Made by a program: the position numbers and the translations under genes. A stretch of DNA of 63,884 bases, filler included, from Collodictyon triciliatum (taxonomy: Eukaryota), in the NCBI GenBank assembly GCA_043381765.1. It is 31 parts of 31 records of this genome, joined end to end, with 100 filler letters (N's around TTAATTAATTAA, not from the genome) between each part and the next. Parts side by side here need not be neighbours in the genome. Positions count along the whole stretch, not along the records: positions 1 to 1,971 come from JBHJMP010009793.1; positions 2,072 to 4,041 come from JBHJMP010009794.1; positions 4,142 to 6,111 come from JBHJMP010009795.1; positions 6,212 to 8,182 come from JBHJMP010009796.1; positions 8,283 to 10,252 come from JBHJMP010009797.1; positions 10,353 to 12,322 come from JBHJMP010009798.1; positions 12,423 to 14,391 come from JBHJMP010009799.1; 24 more parts are not named here. One strand, given 5' to 3'. The notes under the pieces were generated by a model that searched no databases, was not told where the DNA came from, and worked only from the letters and a program-made list of their open reading frames with translations. Shown one piece after another: positions 1-12,538 of the stretch. Numbering within the stretch: position 1 is the stretch's first letter; each line of letters opens with the position of its first letter.

Positions 1-519
1 GTTTTTTGTTTTTTGTTTTTTGTTTTTTGTTTTTTGTTTTTTGTTTTTTGTTTTTTGTTTTTTGTTTTTTGTTTTTTGTTTTTTGTTTTGTTGTTTTTTA
101 TTTTGCTGTGTCTTTGTGTTGAACGCTCTGACCTCCTTGACGGCGCTAGTGCCTTGTCTCACAGTCAAAAAACCCCAGTGCAAGTAACAATGGGAGATGC
201 GATCAAAACTGCGCCGAAACCACAACGGGCCCAGCGCGTTTACCAAACACGAACAAAGGCACCACCCGCGGTCTCAAGGGACGAGGAGCAACCCGAAGAG
301 GCCTCCCAACACATTAGAGACATCGCTCCAGGTAATCCTGATATCTACTTTGAACGCGTGGCGCGCGGGTGTATACTCAAACTTGGGCAGCCGTATCTTA
401 ACCTCGCGTTTCTATGTATCTAACGTGGCCTCTTGCTGCGCCGGCATGCAACTCACTATTCGGGTAGCTGATAAGGAGAGGCTGAGCGTGTGGATCGAAG
501 AAAAAACATATGAATGTAA

Positions 520-1687
520 GCGACTTATGCTAGATATAAAGATTGATAGATTATTGTTGCATGTTTTTCTTTTGCTGCAACAAGCAGGAACTTACCGTGA
601 ACGATGCAATAAAATCATTATTGTTCACTGTGACCAACATATTCTTACTTTATCTGATGGACCCTTGACAACCTGGAATAGACTTGGACCATCCGGCTGA
701 TATTCAGATTCATTCCTGTAAGATGGGCAACCAGAATTATGCTTTATAATCTTTTTACTTTTGAAGTATTTTGTAGAGAATCAAGTTCTTCTTTATCTTA
801 GCGATAACCAATCCACCGGTAAAATATGTACGATTTTTGTTCTATCAGGGGGTAAACGTTTGTCTACTGCTTTTGAGCAATGTTGTGAAGGCATGCTGGC
901 CTATATGACCGACATCCATCTTGTTGAATGTGAAAAAGAGGTTACCATTCACGCAAAAGGTAACACGACACACCTTTTCATTAATTTTTTTTTTACGAAT
1001 CAATTGATATCTTTTATTTTTTCCCTTTATTCAATATAAAGGGGTTTCGATATCTTTGAATATTACTTTCATTCGCATAATTATTATTATTATTATTTTT
1101 TTTTTTGGTAATTGAAGGCAAATTTTAGATGATTTTTTTTGAAAACAACCTTCAACCATTTAACAGGGTCGCACATGAACCATCTTCTGTTTGACTTCCT
1201 GGATAAGTTCTTGTATGTCTTTACTGGCGATGGAATCATATGTAGATACATAGTAATTCAGAGATTTGACGAAAAAAACTTTGAGATAGAAGCTAAAGGG
1301 TATATGATGGAGATAGATACACCAAAACACAATTTATTATGTTGTCTGCATGGATTCATTCTTGAAACTATATCCAGCGTGACTGTGTCATTATTATTAT
1401 TACACGAAAGAAAATGAACTGTATATGATGGAATCATATTCGTAGATGACAATATTCTGAAATTTAGATACGGTGAGAAATATTCCCAGGCGAAGCACAA
1501 CCAAGGAACAGAAATCAAAGCAATCACTTATTCCGCGATGCAAATCAATACGGATGGTCCTGAAAAGCATGTCTATGTGATTGTGGACATCTAACTCGCT
1601 TTTTAAGGGACAGATAAGGACATTTTTCATAAATAAAACCCTTGAACAGATATAATTTTTATGATTTCTTTCCTCAAAATATGACAT
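520..1687 (-). pseudogene. Degenerate multi-exon gene of unknown family
   Basis: Exon-like blocks bounded by AG/GT contain in-frame TAA/TGA/TAG (e.g. MQTT**IVFW, QTFTP**NKNR). Confidence 0.35.
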
Positions 1688-1925
1688 TTAGTTGTGTTGG
1701 CCATTTCTATATATATAAAAAAAAACAACTACATTTCTGCCATGATAGGTAAACTTTTTTGGAGCCATGATTAAAGCTATTTTTTTTTTCAATTAATTTT
1801 TGAAGTCGCATGATTTTACTTCATCTTTCCAAAATATGATGTCAAGTTAGATATTGCTTTTATATTCAACAAATATGAACTACTTTTCTTCCTCCCCCCC
1901 CTTTTTTTTTTTTTTTTTTTTTTAT

Positions 1926-1971
<46 letters not shown>

Positions 1972-2071
1972 NNNNNNNNNNNNNNNNNNNNNNNNNNNNN
2001 NNNNNNNNNNNNNNNTTAATTAATTAANNNNNNNNNNNNNNNNNNNNNNNNNNNNNNNNNNNNNNNNNNNN
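1972..2071. other. Artificial contig spacer (44 N + TTAATTAATTAA + 44 N); first of about 30, recurring every ~2.06 kb
   Basis: Identical 100-bp spacer with stops in all six frames; the intervening contigs decrease steadily in length. Confidence 0.98.
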
Positions 2072-2368
2072 AAAAAAAAAAAACAAAAAAAAAAAAAAAA
2101 AAAAACACAAAAAAAACACAAAAAAAACACAAAAAAAACACATAAAAAACACATAAAAAACACATAAAAAACACATAAAAACACATAAAAAACACATAAA
2201 AAACACATAAAAAACACACAAAAAACACACAAAAAACACACAAAAAACACATAAAACACATAAAACACATAAAAACACATAAGAAACACATGCAGCACGC
2301 AATAATGACCATCCGTTCATGATATTTTTCCAGTAAAGATCCTTGGGCTTCACAGACAACAAGGTGAG

Positions 2369-4041
2369 ATGAGTCAGCGGAGTAATAAAAATGGACAGTC
2401 ATCAAAAGAATCCCTTCATCAAGTTCAGCGAGAACACAAAGAAAAAAACTTGGGAAAGGTTGAAGTTGAAAAAGAAGAATGGGCTTATTATGATGACGAC
2501 GAAGACGATTACGGCGAATTTGATGAAGAATACAATTACGGCGATGAAGGGTATTATGATGCATATAATTACGATGACGGCGAAGAGTACGAGGATGACG
2601 AATATGGAGGAGGAGGAGGTTGGTCTCATATAGAACCTGCATTTGAAGATCGGCTGGGTGACCCAGCGGAAGAAGGACGGTCATACTTTATGGATGAATC
2701 CGATATCGTGGAATGGTGGGATGGGAGTGAGTCAGAAAACGAGGGCGACAGTGGGGAAAACAGCAGCAACCAAACGCAGATTCCAGAAGAACTGAGACAA
2801 GAAGGGTCTCGGTGGGCTGAGGCAATCGAGTCCGGGCGTCGGGAATTAGGTCACAACACTTTCTGTGCTCTTCCAAAGAAAATATGGATTTGCCTTGTCG
2901 AAGGAAACTTCCTGACACATTCCAAAAATGCGATCAAAACAAGGAACAAAAAGCTTCCAGAGATGATTTGGTCAAACTTACGCGAGCATGTAGAGAGTAC
3001 CGAAGAAAACGAGCCAAACTTTGATAAAGGGGACGACGAGTGGTATCGCTGGAGAATTCCTCGCAACGTGAATGAATGGGAATTCTCATATGTAGGGAAA
3101 GCATCAAGAGGACGACGTAAAGTGTATATCAAAGGACCGGACGTGTGGATTGGCTTTACGAAGAAACCCCTTGATGTTTCTGTTGACTGGATTGTACCCA
3201 ATTCGAGAGGAAAAGAGCCTGTGAGCGAGGAGGAAAAGATACAATCCATTCGGTTCGTTCGGTGCAACGATACCATAGTTGAAAACGTCTCAAATCAAAT
3301 GTACGGAGCACATGACATTAGAGTCTTTTGGTGCCTTTGGTCTGGAGGGAATGCTCTTCACAAGATCAAATTCAGTGCGTGTCTGGAAGAGTTGAATCTG
3401 AACGGGGCAGGGGTTTCATATTTACCAGAGTCGATTGCTTTGCTAACCAATCTTCGGTACGTATCATTGCAAGTAAACAATATATCTGTCCTGCCAGAAT
3501 CGATTGGAAATTGGTCCAAGCTGGAGTTTTTTGATTTGTCTCTCAACACCGGCATGATATTCATAGAGGACGGCGCCCTGCCCATCTTTAAGCTTTCTGT
3601 CCGCAGGGGCATCTCGTCGCTTCCGGCTTCATTCTCCAAGCTCACCAAACTGCGAGACCTGCGACTCAACGCGGTGCCTTCTCTGTTTTTGGAAAGTGAG
3701 ACGGCTAGCTCAGGTGGTAAATTGCTTGTTTCACAACAAAAGATGGAGAAACTGGGGGAAATGCTTGGACACCTGACAAAGCTTCGCCGCCTGGATGTCT
3801 CTCGAAACCGTTTGGGTGGACTGCCGCCATCGTGGAGCCACTTCACGTCCATCACAGAGGTCCACTTTGGGGACAACTCGATCTTCCCCGAAAACAGCTC
3901 CATCCCCACACCCTCGCTCCATGTCACGGAGGTGGCGAATCATTACGACCAATACTCTGCCCTCTTCAACGTAATGACCCAGCTGCCGCCGGCGATGCTG
4001 TCCTGGACAAACATCACCCTCCTGAACCTAGACGAGGTTGG
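2369..4041 (+). CDS. Leucine-rich repeat protein with acidic N-terminus, 3' truncated
   Basis: About 557-codon ORF with LxxLxLxxN motifs (LEELNLNG, LRYVSLQVNNISVLPESIGN, LRRLDVSRNRLGGLP). Confidence 0.9.
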
Positions 4042-4141
4042 NNNNNNNNNNNNNNNNNNNNNNNNNNNNNNNNNNNNNNNNNNNNTTAATTAATTAANNN
4101 NNNNNNNNNNNNNNNNNNNNNNNNNNNNNNNNNNNNNNNNN

Positions 4142-5207
4142 GCATTAGAGAGCGGTGATTTGGAAGGACTTGCGGGGTTCGTGCTTGTCTCCAGCTCGCG
4201 GTGAGCGGGGTGTGGGTGATGCCCAGTGTTTCTCCCCACCGTTGATGTTTTGACTTTTTGTAGGGTGTCGGCGGCGATATTTTGTATCGAAAGAATTTGG
4301 AGTAGGCCATAGCCATCGAAAACTGCATAGACTGCGCACCGTTAAACGAGCTTTCGTTCTTGAGGCGGAAAAAGAATGGCGATGGGATGTCCTATGAGAT
4401 TGGTCTGCGTCAGCACCATTTTCCTTTGTTATTCAGGACGGCTGTGGTTGGCTGTGCATCTTGTGTGCGGAATGCGGTGGAGCCTGGCGTTGTGATGTAT
4501 GAGCCATCTTCTTTGAGTGAGATTTCTCTGGTGGTGGCCGCGTTGCCTTCATGAATCTGTTTGATGATGCAGAGGCCTTTCTAGTTATCCCAGCATATTT
4601 GTCCTGCTGCTAGTGGCTCGTTCAGGGGTATTGTCATATCGCAGTGAGTATACAGAATCTTCCAACGCGAGAGCAAAGGCTCGGGTGTGTTTGGAGGTGG
4701 TCGTGGGATTGTTATTTGTTGCAACTGTGTTTTGAAGTGTGCACACAGTTTGGTGATGAGTTTCTACATCCCAATTTGCCAAAACCCTTTCGGCTGCATG
4801 AACATGTCCGTCCACCACTTCATGGTCAGCGATATCCATGCAGTTTTGGGTGTGATGAGTCCAACGCCTCCCTCTGCGGGTGGCTTAATCAGTGTTTTGA
4901 TTTTGTATTGCTGTCTCTTTGTTGTGATCAAGGTGCGGCATATACTCTCCAGTGTGCCGAGATGCTTTTGTGGTAGGTGAGAGCCCTTCATGTTGTGGAT
5001 GAGGGTCGATAGCATGAGTTGGTTCCATAGCCTCGCTTTTCCGATATCTGAAAGATGGAATCTTTTCCAAGAGGCGATTATGGACTTGATATTGTTGACC
5101 AGCTTGTCACACTTTTCTGAGCAGCCGCTCCCAAACATTATACCCAGGTATCTGAGTGCGTGGTTTGGGTATTTCCAGTCGAATTTTGGTTCGGTAAATA
5201 TACAGCT
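4142..5207 (-). mobile_element. L1/Tx1-like non-LTR retrotransposon ORF2, C-terminal part, degenerate
   Basis: LRYLGI, WKRFHLSDIGKARL and PPAEGGVG motifs typical of the L1-clade RT C-terminus; stops and frameshifts downstream. Confidence 0.85.
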
Positions 5208-6111
5208 TCAGCAGAGGTATACCAACAAGGAACTCGGTGATGCTCTACCAACTACCCCTGGATGTATGGCCGCAACTCCTTCGTGAGGAGCTAAAGCCGT
5301 TCAGACCGACCCATGCAGATATCAAAAAGGACAAAGGTTTCTTCACAGGCATGGCCGTGGTGAAGCTTCTTTATCACAAGAACCAGCTCCCTGCAAAGTT
5401 TACGGTCATGGGCAAAAAGTGTCCAAAGCGCATCCTCAAAGAGCGTCCACCAGATACGAACAACGAATGACAAGTAAAAGCCCCGCAAAAGAATACAACC
5501 GCCAAGCAGATAAGCAGCAAAGGTTCAAGGAAGCCAAGGACAGGCAACAACTGAGTCCGCAAGACTCACAGCAGATACGCGCATACAGCGACAGCGACGA
5601 TGACATGGAAGGAAATCTCGGTACCTCTTCAGAATCCTCGCACTCGAGCCATCCACCGCCAATACTGGACAAGCCCGCACATCGTAAGACCCAAGAGCAC
5701 CAAATCTCCAAACCTCGAAAGAAACCCCCCCTTAAACTACCCATTCAGACTGGCGTGAATATGGTTAACATAGGAGGCCTCAAGGCAGTCTTCGTTACAT
5801 ATCCGAAAGGATACTCCAAAGAAAAGGCAGCACAAGAACCAGCGCCCACCAAATATAGTCCGTTTATCCTGCCCCAGCCCGTCGCACCGAGAACCAAGGA
5901 GCAAGAGCAAACAGCACAAGTCGAATTCAAGCTTGGAACTTCACACACCAAAGACAGTCCGAGCAATCAGGAGCGTATGTTTCTAAAACCACAAACGCGT
6001 ATCCATACTCCGGTTAAGCAAAGTCCACTGCCGGCTACGCATGGTTCCGAAACCAGGGGACGGTCAAGCACCACTTCCGATAATTCCAGACAAACAACGA
6101 TGTATCGCTTT
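5208..6111 (+). mobile_element. Probable non-LTR ORF1 fragment (RRM-like part plus low-complexity tail), frameshifted
   Basis: YQLPLDVWPQLLREELKPF...FFTGMAVV...LPAKFTVMG resembles L1/Tx1 ORF1; composition matches the adjacent ORF2. Confidence 0.55.
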
Positions 6112-6211
6112 NNNNNNNNNNNNNNNNNNNNNNNNNNNNNNNNNNNNNNNNNNNNTTAATTAATTAANNNNNNNNNNNNNNNNNNNNNNNNNNNNNNNNN
6201 NNNNNNNNNNN

Positions 6212-6383
6212 CAACAGCTGCAGCCGTCTTGAGTGTCAGTCGAAGAATCTCACCGGCTGTTTCGCGCAGGTTTTGAGCGAAGGGACATTGCACAAATGTG
6301 TGCTCAATGGGCTCATCACCGTTGCTGCAAAGTGTGCATTGTTGGGAGACTTTGCCAGCTTTTGCCGCGCGCGTGCCTATCTC
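6212..6383 (-). mobile_element. L1-like ORF2 C-terminal zinc-binding fragment, 5'-truncated
   Basis: CTLCSNGDEPIEHTFVQCPFA matches the CxxC...ExxxHxFxxC (zf-RVT) motif. Confidence 0.75.
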
Positions 6384-7980
6384 CAAAAAAAAATAAAAAA
6401 TAAATATACTTGACAAAGCAATTAATCCGATTATGAAAAACACAATTCAAGATGAACAAAAGTCAGAGTCATTGGTTCAAGAAACTTGATTGAAGAACAT
6501 GCCAAAACAAGGGCTGTCAGAGGGAGGTATCGCAAAAGAAAATTCATTTTGCTCTTGCTCAGTGCTGCTCTCTTTATTTTCTTTTTTTGATGAATTTGTG
6601 ACTTTGCATGGTAAGTTTACAAAGTTTTGTGGCCGAACTCGATGGGAATAGATACTGTGATGGAAGAAATAATGACAGAACAGCACAGTGGATAAATAAA
6701 ACCAAGCTTATAATAGAAAATGTAACGAAATATGCTGAATCGAATAATTATGAGTCTTCGAGGATATACATAATAGAGTCAGGACTTTCTGTTTTTACAT
6801 CCGTATACGTAATTCCATATTTTCCCACAGTAATAATATTAGCATAAGTAGAAAGGAATCATAGAAATAAACTGAAATAATTGGCTGAGTCGTTTTCATG
6901 CAGAACAGTGAGTGTCGACCGGATATTTTGTTATGCTTTCCTAATACCCAAATCTATGCTTTCTAATCGTTTTTTTATTTTTATTCTTTTTCTCTTTTAT
7001 TTTCTTTTCTCTTTTCTCTTTTTCTTCTTTTTCTATTTTTCCTCTTTCTCTTTTCTCTTTTCTCTTCTTCTTTTTTCTATTTTTCTCTTTTCTCTTTTCT
7101 CTTTCTTTTTTCTTTTTTCTTTTTTCTTTTTTTCTTTTTTTCTTTTTTTCTTTTTTTCTCTTTTTCTCTTTTTCTCTTTTTCTCTTTTTCTCTTTTTCTC
7201 TTTTTCTCTTTTTCTCTTTTTCTCTTTTTCTCTTTTTCTCTTTATTTTCTTTACTTTTTCTTTTCTTTACTTTTCTTTACTTTTTCTTTTCCTTTCTCGT
7301 CTTATAAAACCAAAGCAAACAAATATAAATGTCATATTCTGACTTTACATTCTTTTCCCTCCCTATTGTTTGTCGGATGCATCGACAGGCTCCTACATAC
7401 CGAGTTCTGTCGATTTACATATGCTCGTTATGTACTCTTGGAGGAACTATGAAAGAATTGCAGCCCCAGTTATCTATTCAGAAATTAAATATCAGTCCTT
7501 AATTGAATAGTAGCTTATCTAGAGATAATAAATGCAGCAACTGCAAGTCAGTACGAAATCTCGATTCATCAGATAGAAGCAAGGACAGCTTTGGCCGAAA
7601 AACGGAATTGGCTATTGAAGTGATTGTTGTTTATGTGATTGTCACCAACTAGTTCGATGCTTTATTTGAAATACTACCCGAAGAAATGATGATATGAAAG
7701 TTTTCTTATTAAGAATGAAAAAGTGAATTTTTCAACGTTCTCTATTTTCTCTGTTGACATCAAAAAGCTTTACGAAAAAGAAAAAAAAGAGATAGAACTT
7801 TGGGTAATTAGACTATTTTGTTGTGGTGGGTTTTCTGCTTGCATTTGAGTATGATTGCGTTTTCTTTTTATTTTATGGTAGCAAGAGCGAGAGAAAGATG
7901 AAGAGAGTACAGAGTGTGGAGATGAGAAAATCGAAAGAGGTGGAGTGAGAGAAAAGACAGGAGAACAAATGCAGGTCTAT

Positions 7981-8182
<202 letters not shown>

Positions 8183-8282
8183 NNNNNNNNNNNNNNNNNN
8201 NNNNNNNNNNNNNNNNNNNNNNNNNNTTAATTAATTAANNNNNNNNNNNNNNNNNNNNNNNNNNNNNNNNNNNNNNNNNNNN

Positions 8283-8368
<86 letters not shown>

Positions 8369-9179
8369 GTAATAGTAATAAAAGGTAATAAAAAAGGCTT
8401 CGGGCTCAAGATCAGTATGAATATAATGCTCAGCATTGGTTGCTCTGATTCATTAATCCGTTTCTTTTTTCTTTTTCATTTTTCGTTTTCTTTTCGGTCT
8501 CATTTAGCCTGTAAATGGATAAACTTCATAGCAAAGGTTGTGACGAACGTGGTTTTATCCCTTCCAAGGCACAATACTTTTTATACAACGAATGTGTACC
8601 CATATATAGCGGTTTATTGCACAGACAACCATCAAATTAAATCTGGGTTGACGAAAGCAGGAGCTTTGACGAATCCAAGAAACAACCTGAGTAATATAAT
8701 GGTACGATTAGTATATATAGAAAGGTTAAATTACTTAATAATCTAATTCTATTCATATAATCAATTTATATTTTATTTTCTATTTATGTAATATTATCAC
8801 TAAAATTCAAAAAATACAAACAAAACCCTTGCGTTGGTACAGACAGAAATCACCCTATGAACCTGCCACCAAACATGCATTTCAAAAAAGCATACCATCC
8901 ACACTTGTAGCGGTTATCATGTTGCTTGAGGCCGATATGTTGACTTTCAGTCGCAATGGCTATACAGTCGTCCTTTCGAACTCGCCGAATCAGCTCTCAG
9001 CGTTATGTCTCAAATCACTTATAGAAAACTTTGTGTGTCTGTTTGCCACAAAGCGCACATTTTGAGGGTCTCGGTAGATGCCTAATTTTACATAAATTGA
9101 TTTTACACAGTTGTTTGTATTTATTAAATTGACTGATTAACTAAAGTTTTATTAAATTGAAAACTCGGTAGCTTTCTAA

Positions 9180-10252
9180 AGGAAAAAGTAAAACAAAGAC
9201 TTTCAGACGAAGAAAAGAAAACGTCTTGAGTCTGAGAAACTAAAGTCTGTAAAACCAGACAATTGAAATGTGAAAACATCTCTAAAGTCGATTGTAAAGA
9301 ATGCAGATGACTATGACAAAACCAACGATACGGTTTTATTGTGTCATAATTTGGTTACCGACACTTATCTGTTTGCAACATGTTACATATTGAAATCACA
9401 ACAGCTCCCAACAATCGATGAAATGTTAATTTTATTTTTTTGTACGCTTTAAAAACAATCGGAGTAGTTTCACAAGATAGACCCGCAAGTTTTTTAAAAA
9501 AAAACAGATATGAGAGATGACATGATGACTGTTTATCTCAATGATTTTCGATTTATTTTGTCCCGAGAAGAACGCTTTCCGTTGGTTGGATTATCTCATG
9601 TGTTACCGTACTTGGCAAAGCAAATATTAACAGCTTATCATAATAACATTAAGGAGCATTAAGGAGCATTATGTAAAGAGGTTACTGCGTTTTATAAATC
9701 AAGCAGTTCCTAAAGATGAAGAATACCACGGGAGTTTTTAAAAAGGCAGAGTTACCGAAGTTTAAAAAAAAAGCCATATTCAAGAAACTCGAAATACCAG
9801 ACAAGACAAAGAAAGGGTTATAATACATATGCATCATATCATTCCCAGCGATATTGTAAAAGGTGTCGAATATGACGTCAAAGTCAATCCAAGTAAGTAC
9901 ACTCCATGTCTGATTTACGTGAATCGTATTTTTGAGGACAGTGGAACCAAACTGTTTCAACCAATCTCTATAAGAGTCAACAATATACCATGTCATATTA
10001 CTCTAGATACTGCATGTTTGATAGGTCTACTAGTATCATCTGGAAAAAAATTATTAAAGACGAATATATCAGGATGCAAAGAGACCCTATGGGATAATTT
10101 CTTTGAAATGAAGAAGAGGGTCTTTCATCAAAGAGACTTCAATTTTAAATACATGATACAAACAGACGGCTTGGCGGTATCATTAATGTTTGAAAAGAAA
10201 GTCATTTCAAATTCGAAATTCAAATATAGTAATAAAAAAAAAAAAAACAAGA
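9180..10252 (+). pseudogene. Fanzor1-like (eukaryotic TnpB-derived RNA-guided nuclease), N-terminal part, frameshifted; RuvC beyond the contig end
   Basis: Ordered motifs VKTSLKSIV, LPYLAKQILTAYHNNIKEH, KRLLRFIN, YDVKVNP, KLFQPISIR..IPCHITLDT, LWDNFF, FKYMIQTDGLAVSLMF; intronless; 10-bp duplication at 9651-9670 breaks the frame. Confidence 0.72.
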
Positions 10253-10692
10253 NNNNNNNNNNNNNNNNNNNNNNNNNNNNNNNNNNNNNNNNNNNNTTAA
10301 TTAATTAANNNNNNNNNNNNNNNNNNNNNNNNNNNNNNNNNNNNNNNNNNNNAAAAGAAACAAGCAAAAAGAAACAAAAAAGAAACAAAAAAAGAAACAA
10401 AAAAAGAAACAAAAAAAGAAACAAAAAAAGAAACAAAAAAGAAACAAAAAAAGAAACAAAAAAAGAAACAAAAAACAAGCAAAAAAGAAACAAAAAGAAT
10501 AAACAAACAAACAAACAAACAGGGTGCTGAATAGCAAACGAGGGACTAAAATCGAGATGATAATCATGGAACATATAAAGACAGGCATTAAAGCGTTGGA
10601 AATATCCCTAAGAGAGGAAGAGTATTGCGAGGGTAGGAAGCGATAGTACTAATAAAAGAGATCAACAGAGAAAGGATAATCGCAGCCCATAC

Positions 10693-11616
10693 TTTTTTCT
10701 CCTCTATTATACGCCTCCGCATTCCCCACTCCAACTCTTTGGCCTTGCTGAGCTCCTTTGTGGAGTCTCGCAGTTGTCTGGTGGAGTCGTGGAATCTGGC
10801 ACTTGTCACTGAACTCCCTCTGCCTCGACCTCGTCCCGGGGGTCTTTTTGGAACAGCTGCTTTGACAGGGACGCCCTCTGCATCAAATGGGGTCTCTGTA
10901 ATCTCTGACAGCGGCCGTGGTTTTTTGCTACCTTTATCAACATATATGTTCTTTCTTTTCTGTGAGGGTGGTTATGGACAAAGTATGGTTGAGAAGAATG
11001 TACCTGAATGTTATAAGTGACCCGCATATACAGACATATAAATATCCAAGATAGCAAATAATGGTAACCTTTTCATCCTTCTCTGCGCCATCCTCTTGAT
11101 TTACTTCGGGTGTATTATCAACCTCATCGTCGTCAAAATCAGAGTCTATCACATCCTCCTCCTCTGTCATGCAATCGAAACAGGATACGTGCAAGAGAAC
11201 AGACACTCATTAGACAAGCCAAAAAGAAATAATATATTTATGGGGAAAAATAAATGTTTTTTTTTTTTTAAAAAAAAAGACCTGAGCCTGCTTCATACTC
11301 CCCATCATTTTCTTCCTCTCTAAAAAAATCTTGTCCCCAGAACTGCTCATCGGCATCGAGTTCTTCACCCACAAGCTTCTTCATCCTTTTTTTTTTTTGA
11401 GAAAAGTTAACAAGGAGTATAGATAAAAGAGAGAAACTAACTGAAATACAATACAATACAATATAATATAATATAATAATAATAACAATAATTATAATAA
11501 CAATAATTATAACAATAATTATAACAATAACAATATATGCTCTACACACAAAGACATCTATACAGAAAGGATTACCGTTTACCGCGGGTGCTTCTTTGGG
11601 GGAGCTTTGCGTCCAT
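10693..11616 (-). CDS. VPS72: Vps72/YL1 (SWC2) N-terminal exons, 3' truncated
   Basis: Spliced MDAKLPQRSTRGKR|MKKLVGEELDADEQFWGQDFFREEENDGEY|EEEDVIDSDFDDDE; GT-AG introns. Confidence 0.85.
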
Positions 11617-12538
11617 CTCACAAATATTTGCGCTTCTTGGTTTTGAGTGACTGGCTAAACGCGCGCAAGAGTGGGCGAATGGTTTTTGTTTATTTTTATT
11701 TTTGCTTTTCTTTGTATTTATATTATTATTATTATTTTTTTTTGGATTTTATTATTGCTTCTTTTTGTCCATATATGTTGTTTTGTGGGTATAATGTTGG
11801 TCAGATCGAATCACCAATTCCCAACTTTGTGAAGATCAAAGCATCCCGCTGATTTTAAGGGTTGTGAGGAAGGCAAAGCGAGGAGGACATCGTTTGGATT
11901 GTGTGGTGTTTCAGAAGGCGGGAAAGTGCTAAACAACTCAGGCCGGTTTGCTCCATGAGTTTATCTATGCAAATCTTTCAACAATTTTCATTTTCATACC
12001 TCCTCTTTTCCTATTTCCCTTTCTTTTATTTTCCTTTCTTACCTATCCTTTTCTTTCCTTTTCTTTCCTTTTCTTTCCTTTTCTTTCCTTTTCTTTCCTT
12101 TTCTTTCCTTTCCTTCCCTTTCTTTTTCTTTTCTTCCCTTTCTTTCCCTTTCCTTCCCTTTCTTTTTCTTTTCTTCCCTTTCTTTCCCTTTCCTTTCCTT
12201 TCTTTCCCTTTCCTTTCCTTTCTTTCCCTTTCCTTTCCTTTCCTTTCCTTTCCTTTCCTTTCCTTTCCTTTCCTTTCCTTTCCTTTCCTTTCCTTTCCTT
12301 TCCTTTCCTTTCCTTTCCTTTCNNNNNNNNNNNNNNNNNNNNNNNNNNNNNNNNNNNNNNNNNNNNTTAATTAATTAANNNNNNNNNNNNNNNNNNNNNN
12401 NNNNNNNNNNNNNNNNNNNNNNTTTCTTCCTTTCTTCCTTTCTTCCTTTCTTCCTTTCTTCCTTTCTTCCTTTCTTCCTTTCTTCCTTTCTTCCTTTCTT
12501 CCTTTCTTCCTTTCTTCCTTTATATTTCCTCTTGGCAG

